Source: Octopus bimaculoides (taxonomy: Eukaryota). From it: a stretch of DNA of 45,407 bases. The stretch is from positions 3,709,175 to 3,754,581 of the forward strand of contig NC_068991.1 in assembly GCF_001194135.2 (NCBI RefSeq), written 5' to 3'. Positions within the stretch are counted from its first letter, which is position 1; every line of letters starts with the position of its first letter. A model generated the notes under the pieces. The model was given only the letters and a program-made list of their open reading frames with translations, did no database searches and was not told the DNA's origin. Of this stretch, positions 35,317-45,407 are shown in pieces. Position numbers and translations under genes: made by a program.

Positions 35317-36059
35317 TTTTCCCTTTTCAATAATGTTTGCATTGATTCATAAGGTTTGCATGGAAGACCACCGCATCCGATATGAACGAGCATCACACAT
35401 GTCATTTCATATATCAGGTCATCCCATAAGTTCTGTCCGATTTTACCTTTTTTAAAATTGAATGAAATTTAATCGTATTTTAGAATGTCTAATGGAATTA
35501 AAAATTNNNNNNNNNNNNNNNNNNNNNNNNNNNNNNNNNNNNNNNNNNNNNNNNNNNNNNNNNNNNNNNNNNNNNNNNNNNNNNNNNNNNNNNNNNNNNN
35601 NNNNNNNNNNNNNNNNNNNNNNNNNNNNNNNNNNNNNNNNNNNNNNNNNNNNNNNNNNNNNNNNNNNNNNNNNNNNNNNNNNNNNNNNNNNNNNNNNNNN
35701 NNNNNNNNNNNNNNNNNNNNNNNNNNNNNNNNNNNNNNNNNNNNNNNNNNNNNNNNNNNNNNNNNNNNNNNNNNNNNNNNNNNNNNNNNNNNNNNNNNNN
35801 NNNNNNNNNNNNNNNNNNNNNNNNNNNNNNNNAGTGGAGGAAGCAAGGGTGGGGTGTGGGTTGGGGTGAGGGCAGGTGTAGGATGGGGTAGGGGTGGGAT
35901 GGGATGTATAGGGATGGTGGGGTTGCAATGTGTAGGGGTAGGGTGTATGTATGTATGTATAGTTACACAGTCATATATCGCTGTTGTATAGCGAGGAGAT
36001 CGTTTGGCACTTATATTGAGAGGTTCGGCCATTTCCAACTTCGATAATAAAAAAAAGAA

Positions 36060-36340
36060 GTTCACGATTTACCGTTCCATTTCCTTTGTCTGCTGGCAGA
36101 ATTTTGATGTGCTGTCAACTTGAAGGAACTTCATGGAATTTCTGACCTCCTTGAAGCTATTTGGTCGGAAGAAGATTTGGTTTTCTTTTAGTACAGTCCG
36201 CACTTTCTGTGTTAACTCGTCTCACTCAGCCTTCCTCACTTCATTTCAAATCGCTGATGAAGACAGTGGTATTGAAGTGAAGAATTAGATCCATTGTAAT
36301 AGCGAAAGCCAACCCTTTGTTTCCTTAGACTCAATAGTAA
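36060..36340 (-). mobile_element. Penelope-like element RT N-terminal fragment
   Basis: Frameshifted ELTQKVRTVLKEN...KFLQVDST followed by KILPADKGNGTV; PADKG is a PLE hallmark. Confidence 0.8.
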
Positions 36341-36400
36341 TTCTTCAGATTTTGTCACTATTTATATTTGCTACCCTTTACCGACCGTGATGGAATAAAC

Positions 36401-36657
36401 TATTGGGTTGGTGCATAATTATTGCAGCTTTTTTCAACAAATTTTATTCAACAAAAACAATAACAACATGTTACAAAAACATCTTTAAATGATTATTCCG
36501 AAGCATATTCACCATCTACTTCAATTACTGCTTCCCATTTGCTTGGCAGACGGTCAGACCGTCATTTAAAGATGTTTTTGTTAAATATTGTTATTGTTTC
36601 TGTTGAATAAAGTTTGTTTAAAAAAACAAACTGCAATAATTATGCACCAACCCAATA
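36401..36657. mobile_element. Mariner-derived MITE with TA-flanked inverted termini
   Basis: tattgggttggtgcataattattgcag (36401-36427) and its perfect reverse complement (36631-36657); centre encodes mariner C-terminus DRLPSKWEAVIEVDGEYASE* on the minus strand. Confidence 0.93.
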
Positions 36658-37840
36658 TTATTAATTCTTCTTTGGTTCAGGACACATGCTTAATTTCATT
36701 TTGACAAACCTCAGACTTCGAAATCTTTTACAATGAACCATCACTGGTATCTCTTCCTCAGAGGTGTCCGAACTGTGTTCCATAATACTTTAGGGATGTA
36801 GTTCCCAGTCTGGTCTCCATAGGTTTCTGAGGGTCTATAAAAATAGTCGTAGAGGTTCCATAAAACGTGATTAAAATTTTAAACACTGCAATATGAAATA
36901 TATAATTTACTCAGTTACATATATAAACACAACAACGAAAAGGAAAAAAAGAATGTAACTCTTTCCACTATTGGCACAAACCCAGAAATTTTAGGTGAGG
37001 GGACTAGTCGTTTTTCCTTAATCCCAATGATTAGCTGGTACTTGTTTTATCGACCCCAAAATGATGCAAATTACCTATACCACAAATGTGTTCAACCCTT
37101 TTTTTTGTATAAGTCTAAGTCCCTTGGCTACTGGAAATAAAGTAAAAAAACTGCCGTGCTAATGACGGTTATTGAGCCAGAAACACATATCTTCGACTCT
37201 CCTCTTATCTCCACACAAGAAGCATGTCAACTTTAGAAAAAAATTGAACCTTGAAATTATCTCCCCTTCTCAAGTGGAACCTGTCTTAATTGCCGTTTGG
37301 TAATTATGATACATCGTTTAGAGGCAAAAATAATTTTGATAAGTCTAGAATTTATGTTGTATGGTATTTGATATGACTGTATTTATCAATGTTATAAACG
37401 CATTCAATCAGCCGTTTGTGCTACGTCTGTCACCTTCAACAGTTCTGTAATATCACAAGATTAATGAAAGCGAGGTGAACGAAAGGACCGGTTATTAGAA
37501 ATTAGCGCCCAGTAGCGTGTTTATGTATCTTGTCTGGAAATTACTGCGGGTTATCTGTGTAAACGGAACTGTTTGATCATCTCTTATATAATGAGATATT
37601 GTCAGTGGAACGGAAAGTCGGCATGAACGAGAAACTAAGATAAGAAAACTATCGTTTATCAAATGACAGATATCTTATAACAAATTTCTTGGCAGCCATG
37701 AAAGGAATATACGTATATTTTATACATGTCTTAAAGTTATACATGTACCATTACATGACAATGAGTCTTAGCATGGCGGCTACTTATTCGCGTGCGCACA
37801 CACATAGGCACGCACGCACACGCACGCACGCACACGCACG

Positions 37841-37879
<39 letters not shown>

Positions 37880-38267
37880 NNNNNNNNNNNNNNNNNNNNN
37901 NNNNNNNNNNNNNNNNNNNNNNNNNNNNNNNNNNNNNNNNNNNNNNNNNNNNNNNNNNNNNNNNNNNNNNNNNNNNNNNNNNNNNNNNNNNNNNNNNNNN
38001 NNNNNNNNNNNNNNNNNNNNNNNNNNNNNNNNNNNNNNNNNNNNNNNNNNNNNNNNNNNNNNNNNNNNNNNNNNNNNNNNNNNNNNNNNNNNNNNNNNNN
38101 NNNNNNNNNNNNNNNNNNNNNNNNNNNNNNNNNNNNNNNNNNNNNNNNNNNNNNNNNNNNNNNNNNNNNNNNNNNNNNNNNNNNNNNNNNNNNNNNNNNN
38201 NNNNNNNNNNNNNNNNNNNNNNNNNNNNNNNNNNNNNNNNNNNNNNNNNNNNNNNNNNNNNNNNNNN

Positions 38268-38348
<81 letters not shown>

Positions 38349-39158
38349 TGTGTGCGTAATTATGTATGTATGTTTGTATGTAAGTTGGAAAAATGCAAAA
38401 AAGAATTTATAAATTCAAAAGATTCAGTCGCAACAAACTGGTTGGAACCGTTGTTAAAAGTGTGCTACTCCTTAGAAGCCATTCTGCTTCCTCTCATACG
38501 TCACTCCGTTTCCCCATTACCTCCAGTCACTTACAAATATCCACAACCGCAATGTCAATCTTTATATGTTACCCATTAACTCTTCACTCATCCTTCATAA
38601 GAAGTACTTCCACATCAACGCGTTCTAAAATCCAAACGAAAATTGATAAAATTGACTGAGGCAGACAACAGTAGCAAATGATAAAGCAGACGATAAAAGC
38701 TGCAACCTTTTAACGAAGTTGCAATTCCTTCTATTTAACTTTGTCAAAATCATCATATTTTACTGAAATTCTCGCCTAGTTTCGTTGAGTTGTTGAAATT
38801 CTTTAAAGGTCGTAGCCATCGTAAAGTTAGTTGAATATTTCATTGGTAGAGTTGTCTGTCAAAATGACTTTATTCAGAAATGGAGGAGACTTGTTACTAG
38901 AATTATGAATAGTTTGTCATTAGATCTAAATAGTTGCGCGGATAGATGTTATAAGTGGTTAGATTGACAGACATATGCATGGCTAGCTAAATGTACAAGA
39001 AGACAGCTAGATATACAGACTAATCGCTTGATACTGGATAAACGACTCAGACGTTGATTGGATAAATGATTAAATATAAGAATATAAATATTTAGAGATA
39101 TACAAAGAATGTAACTGACTAACAAATATACTATTCGTATGTCGCCTTCAAAATTCTG

Positions 39159-39229
<71 letters not shown>

Positions 39230-39405
39230 GTCTGTCTGACTGTCTGTCTGTTGTCTCTTGAAAAACAGACAGATAGAAGGTGAGAGTGAGGGAACAAGAG
39301 TGTTGATGCATGCCGAGTTAAATAAGACGGAAGGATGAAAGACAAATGTATAAAACGGCAGACAAATGATATATAGCGCGATGAACAGAAGGAAAATATA
39401 TCTAC

Positions 39406-39453
<48 letters not shown>

Positions 39454-39774
39454 AAGCATGGATATGAATACATATGTGTGCGTGTGTGTGCGGTGCGCAC
39501 GCACTGTATATTTGTGTATATATGTGTATATTTGTATATATATATGTATATATATGTATATATACACATATATACACACAAAAAGAGAGAAAACTAGTGA
39601 GAGAGGAAGAAAGAGAGGAAGAAGAAAAGAAAGAATGAAAGTAAAAAAGAAAGAAAGATATAAGGAAAGAGTAGTGTTAAGAGTGAGGAACAATGAAGTG
39701 AGTGAAAGAAACGAATGAGCGAAGCGACGAAAGAGAAAGTAGCATGAAAGGTGAAGGATTATGAGACGGCGAGT

Positions 39775-39910
39775 GACGGTAGCCATGTTGGCGGTGGGAG
39801 GGCGGCAGTTCCGAAATGGCGAAATGGTTCTTTATATGCGCGCGCGCGCGAGCGTGTGTGTGTGTGAGAGAGAGAGAGCGACCAGAAGAAAAACGTCGGA
39901 TTGGTCAAGT
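39775..39910 (-). promoter_or_regulatory. Promoter-like region: CCAAT, (CG)n, TATA-like TATAAAG, CpG-rich leader and Kozak-like ccgccaacATGG (ATG 39786-39784)
   Basis: Minus strand gaccaatc ... gcgcgcgcgcgcatataaagaacc ... ccaccgccaacATGGctacc; no canonical donor found downstream. Confidence 0.35.
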
Positions 39911-40249
39911 GGTCAGCGGTCAGAGTTGCTTAAATTGTTAGAATGAAATGAAAATGGAAAGCAGAAGATAAGTGAAGGCAGCAGACGACAAGTAAAACAA
40001 ACAGACGTACAACAATACCATCTTTGTTTGATACTGTTGTTGTACGGTCTATTATCCAACACCAGCCATCAAAGTTTATACCAAAGTAAAGCACAATTTC
40101 CTTAAAAGCACGGCTGACTTTTGCATCAATTTTATCAGTGTACACACATAGATGTGTGTGTGTGTGTGTATGTGCGCGGATTTATGCCTATGGCTACACA
40201 TATAGATATATCTATATAAATATGTATATACGTATACATACATACATAC

Positions 40250-40281
<32 letters not shown>

Positions 40282-40830
40282 NNNNNNNNNNNNNNNNNNN
40301 NNNNNNNNNNNNNNNNNNNNNNNNNNNNNNNNNNNNNNNNNNNNNNNNNNNNNNNNNNNNNNNNNNNNNNNNNNNNNNNNNNNNNNNNNNNNNNNNNNNN
40401 NNNNNNNNNNNNNNNNNNNNNNNNNNNNNNNNNNNNNNNNNNNNNNNNNNNNNNNNNNNNNNNNNNNNNNNNNNNNNNNNNNNNNNNNNNNNNNNNNNNN
40501 NNNNNNNNNNNNNNNNNNNNNNNNNNNNNNNNNNNNTATATATACATGTGTGTGTGTGTGTATGTGTATACATACATATACACTTTGATCTTAGCCCAAA
40601 GGCCATTATACATATATATTTATTTCCAACATTGTATGTGTGTGTATATTCCTCGCACTGAGTTTGCATTCAGTATATGTGTGTGCGTCTATGAATATAC
40701 ATACATACATACACACACATACATGAATACATAAATACATACATACATACATACATACATACATACATACATACATACATAAATACATACATACGCATCT
40801 ATATACATGCATATCTATATAAACATACTC

Positions 40831-41650
40831 GAGTGGCAGTGTGGTAAGTAGCTTGTTTACCAACCAAATGGTTCCGGGTTCAGTCCCACTGCGTGGCACC
40901 TTGGGCAGGTGTCTTCTACTATAGCCTCGGGCTGACCAACGCCTTGTGAGTGGATTTGGTAGACGGAAACTGAAAGAAGCCCATCGTATATATATATATA
41001 TATATATATTATTCATTTGACTGCGGCCATGCTGGAGCACCGCCTTTAGTCGAACACATCGACCCAAGGACTTATTCTTTGTAAGCCTAGTACTTATTCT
41101 ATCGGTTTATTATGCCGAACCGCTACGTTATGGGGACATAGACACACCAACATCGGTTGTATAATGATGATGTGGGACAGACATACACACACACATGAAC
41201 ACACACACATACACACACACATGAACACACACGCATGAACACACACACATGAACACACACACATACACACACATACTCACACACACATACACACACACAC
41301 ATACACACACATATATACAACGGGATTCTTTCAGTTTCCGTCTACCAAATTCACTCACAAGGCTTTGGTCGGCCCGAGGCTATAGTAGAAGACATTTGCC
41401 CAAAGTGCCACTCAGTGGGAATGAACCCAGAACCATGTGGTTGGTAAGCAAGTTACTTGTGTGTCTGTGTTTGTACCCCCAGCATCGCTTCACAACCGAT
41501 GCTGGTATGTTTACGTCCCCGTAATTTAGCGGTTCGGCAAAAGAGACCAATAGGCTTACAAAGAATCAGTCCCGATGGACGATTTGTTCGACAACAGACA
41601 GTGCTCCAGCATGGCCGCAGTCAAATGACTGAAACAAATGAAAGGCTAAA
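40831..41650 (+). mobile_element. SINE family B forward copy (head 40831-40990, tail about 41475-41650) split by the nested reverse copy
   Basis: Head gtgtggtaagtagcttg...gaaactgaaagaagcccatcg; tail gtttacgtccccgtaatttagcggttcggcaaaagagacc...ccagcatggccgcagtcaaatgactgaaac. Confidence 0.75.
41011..41457 (-). mobile_element. SINE family B (tRNA-like head, central microsatellite, conserved 3' domain), full reverse copy
   Basis: Reverse 3' domain 41011-41180 and reverse head 41320-41457; other pieces at about 4270-4460, 7270-7440, 13925-14200, 14520-14830, 17220-17360, 19690-19900, 21610-21700, 22125-22500, 27830-27970, 31880-32045, 34730-34905, 42990-43040, 45270-45360. Confidence 0.9.
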
Positions 41651-41954
41651 AGGATTTATGTATATATTTAATATATTCATAATGCAAGCCCACCGTTGTG
41701 TACTTGAGCTCAAGCATACGCTTCAGTACAGCCGCAAGAGCACATACGAACGTGTTCCTATATCAGCGTGCCGCTTCTGTTTTCGCGGATTTATGTACGT
41801 ATAGAAGTGTCTATTTAAATGTGTGCGTGCATATACCTACTACTAGTACTACTACTACTACTACTACTACATACACAGACACATACACACACATATACAT
41901 ATATACTTACATACATGCATGCACACATACATATACACATAAACTTATATACGC

Positions 41955-41999
<45 letters not shown>

Positions 42000-42041
42000 N
42001 NNNNNNNNNNNNNNNNNNNNNNNNNNNNNNNNNNNNNNNNN

Positions 42042-42113
<72 letters not shown>

Positions 42114-42247
42114 TATACAAGTGCATAAGCACGTATATATATTTTTATATATCTGTATAGATTTGCGTATATATATATGTATATATGTAAATGCATATAT
42201 ATGTAACCAAGTATGTATGTATGTATGAATGTATCTCTCTCTATCTT

Positions 42248-42310
<63 letters not shown>

Positions 42311-42719
42311 NNNNNNNNNNATAAACGTATAACGCCTGTGTGTACGCGAGTTCATAAACAATTTTTAACGCCTTTCAATTATGGCGCTTGAATGACGTAT
42401 GACAGATTTAAGAAATTGCTAAGTCGATGGCTGGCGGGGTGGTGGTGGTGGTGGTAATGGTGTGAGGTGTTGTCGTGTGGAAGTGTTTCCGAGGTGGAGA
42501 TGGAAATCGAACGGCTGGAGAGAAGCTGGAGGGTGTGTGTGCGAGTGTGCGAGGAAAATAGGGTGGTAGGAGTTCCGTGATGACGATGGTAAGAATCTGG
42601 TTGTTACAATCGGGGTAAGGCTGGGGATGTTGTTACAAGAATGATGGATATGTTTGGAAGTTGAAGAAAACGAAGAACTGTATCGAAATATCAAGATGAT
42701 CGTGGTTCTGTTGATGGCT

Positions 42720-43055
42720 GTGCCGTGTAGTGGCGGTGAGGGTGATGGTAGTGGTGCTGTTTCAGGTTGTAGCGGTAGTGGTGTAGCTGTTATTGTTGTT
42801 GTTGTGGTGGTGGTGACATAGTTTACTGGTTGTGTTGTACTTTAGTGACGATGCATAAATTTAGTGGTGGTGGTGGTAGTGGTGATGGTGGTGCTGGTGA
42901 TGGTGTTGGTGGTAGTGATGATGGTGGTGATGGTGATGGTGGTGGTGGTGGTGATGGTGATGGTGGTGGTGGTGGTGGTGGTGATGATGCCCAAAGTGCC
43001 ACATAGTGGGACTGAACCCAGAACTATGTGGTTGGTAAGCACACCCACTCCTGCA

Positions 43056-43119
<64 letters not shown>

Positions 43120-43150
43120 TGTATGTATGTATGTATGTATGTATGTACGT
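42720..43150. repeat. (GTG/GAT)n tract, SINE head remnant, (TA)n and (TATG)n
   Basis: Directly visible. Confidence 0.9.
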
Positions 43151-43721
43151 TGGTATATGTGCTTACATGTTGCGTGTGAGTGCAGATACGCTTAAACTAT
43201 GGTTCAGCTCAGAGTGCATGTACGCATGTGATTTCCAATTTGCATCAGGTGTTAATTTCGTTAGCCTTCTTAAGTGTTTTATACGAATGTAAGTATGTAC
43301 AAATGTGTGTGTGTGTGTGCAGCGTCAGCAGACATTCATAGCCGAATCTGCGACCTTTATTCCCTCTAGATATCGCTCACCTCAGCTTGTCTCTGAATCA
43401 TGTGATAAGTAGGTGGAGGAGCTATGAGGTGTTGAATAAGTTTTATTGTACCTGAGATTGAATACGGGTATGCAAATAGTCTTCCTGGTACACGAGTATA
43501 CGTAAATATATGTATAGTTGGTCAAGGAGTTGGTCACCCGACAATAAATCGAAATTCCACAAATACTATCTGTAATTCTGTATTGACACGACTGGGAAAA
43601 TGTGTCGCTCAAGAAGGACTTCAGTTCGAACAACTTTCATGATGTTTCAAATTTAGATGCTTTTATTAAATTCACTCAGTGGTTAAACATAAATAAATCT
43701 TGGAATTAAACGCTTTTGATT

Positions 43722-43752
43722 CACTGTCAGGTGACTTTTGACCAGCCCTGTA
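43722..43752 (-). mobile_element. Probable Tc1/mariner terminal inverted repeat (solo end)
   Basis: Reverse complement TA-cagggctggtcaaaagtcacctgacagtg ends in TA/(TA)n; partner end not seen (adjacent gap). Confidence 0.4.
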
Positions 43753-44941
43753 TATATATATATATATNNNNNNNNNNNNNNNNNNNNNNNNNNNNNNNNN
43801 NNNNNNNNNNNNNNNNNNNNNNNNNNNNNNNNNNNNNNNNNNNNNNNNNNNNNNNNNNNNNNNNNNNNNNNNNNNNNNNNNNNNNNNNNNNNNNNNNNNN
43901 NNNNNNNNNNNNNNNNNNNNNNNNNNNNNNNNNNNNNNNNNNNNNNNNNNNNNNNNNNNNNNNNNNNNNNNNNNNNNNNNNNNNNNNNNNNNNNNNNNNN
44001 NNNNNNNNNNNNNNNNNNNNNNNNNNNNNNNNNNNNNNNNNNNNNNNNNNNNNNNNNNNNNNNNNNNNNNNNNNNNNNNNNNNNNNNNNNNNNNNNNNNN
44101 NNNNNNNNNNNNNNNNNNNNNNNNNNNNNNNNNNNNNNNNNNNNNNNNNNNNNNNNNNNNNNNNNNNNNNNNNNNNNNNNNNNNNNNNNNNNNNNNNNNN
44201 NNNNNNNNNNNNNNNNNNNNNNNNNNNNNNNNNNNNNNNNNNNNNNNNNNNNNNNNNNNNNNNNNNNNNNNNNNNNNNNNNNNNNNNNNNNNNNNNNNNN
44301 NNNNNNNNNNNNNNNNNNNNNNNNNNNNNNNNNNNNNNNNNNNNNNNNNNNNNNNNNNNNNNNNNNNNNNNNNNNNNNNNNNNNNNNNNNNNNNNNNNNN
44401 NNNNNNNNNNNNNNNNNNNNNNNNNNNNNNNNNNNNNNNNNNNNNNNNNNNNNNNNNNNNNNNNNNNNNNNNNNNNNNNNNNNNNNNNNNNNNNNNNNNN
44501 NNNNNNNNNNNNNNNNNNNNNNNNNNNNNNNNNNNNNNNNNNNNNNNNNNNNNNNNNNNNNNNNNNNNNNNNNNNNNNNNNNNNNNNNNNNNNNNNNNNN
44601 NNNNNNNNNNNNNNNNNNNNNNNNNNNNNNNNNNNNNNNNNNNNNNNNNNNNNNNNNNNNNNNNNNNNNNNNNNNNNNNNNNNNNNNNNNNNNNNNNNNN
44701 NNNNNNNNNNNNNNNNNNNNNNNNNNNNNNNNNNTATTATTCTTTCAGAAAAATAATATTGACAGTGACTTAGAAGATTCAGCCTGCCAAGCCATCAGCG
44801 GTCTGTCAATATTATTCTTGTTAAAAAGCGATGAGCTGGCAGAAACGTGAGCACGATTTCTTGTCAACAGAGAAAGAGCCGGTTTCTAGCCTTGATCTAA
44901 GGCTCCTTCATTGCGACTTGTCGTCATTCGCAACAGGCTAA

Positions 44942-45150
44942 GGCGGCGAGATGGTAGAAACGTTAGCACGCCAGGTGAAATGCTCAGCGGTATTTCGTCT
45001 GCCGTTACGTTCTGAGTTCAAATTCCGCCGAGGTCCACTTTGCCTTTCATCCTTTCGGAGTCGATAAATTAAGTACCAGTTGCGTACTGGGTCGATCTAA
45101 TCGACTGGCTCCCTCCTCAAAAATTTCGGACCTTGTGCCTAGAGAAGAAA
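44942..45150 (+). mobile_element. SINE family A full-length copy
   Basis: ggcggcgagatggtagaaacgttagcacgcc...ccttgtgcctagagaagaaa. Confidence 0.9.
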
Positions 45151-45376
45151 CGAACATCAGCAACAGGGTATTTTTGTATGTATGTATGTATGTATGTATG
45201 TATGTATGTATGCATGTATATATGTAAGTGTGGGTGCGTGCGTGCGCGCGTGCGTGTGTGTGTTTACTTCTCAGCTACAAGGTTCCGGGTTCAGATACTT
45301 GCACCATGGGCAAGTATCTTTTTCTCTAGACCCGGGCTTAGTGGGTTGGATTCACAACCCCTAACTTTCTTGGATT

Positions 45377-45407
<31 letters not shown>

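Noticed and set aside
39930-40145. 71-aa hydrophobic ORF as the ABHD12 N-terminus
   Set aside because: No resemblance to ABHD12, no usable donor, and the TM exon is already found at 26444-26574.

Overview
Eukaryotic, repeat-dense genomic DNA from a draft assembly with many N gaps next to microsatellites. The SINE/RTE/Penelope repeat landscape points to an octopus genome (inference). One clear protein-coding gene is present: an ABHD12-like alpha/beta-hydrolase on the minus strand. Twelve GT-AG exons (29179 to 17525) splice in frame to a product with a TM anchor and a complete Ser-Asp-His triad; its start codon was not found. The rest is SINEs, RTE LINE and Penelope-like fragments, Tc1/mariner and hAT MITEs, and simple repeats. 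Almost all ORFs in the supplied track are microsatellite or gap artefacts. Most striking unexplained signal: a 145-codon coding-like minus-strand frame (31027-30593) missed by the ORF track because it contains five in-frame stops, all TAG, with no TAA or TGA. Also notable: minimal hammerhead-ribozyme motifs, two with an atypical core, and several foldback or inverted-repeat structures around exons. Repeat boundaries are approximate; exon boundaries were worked out base by base.
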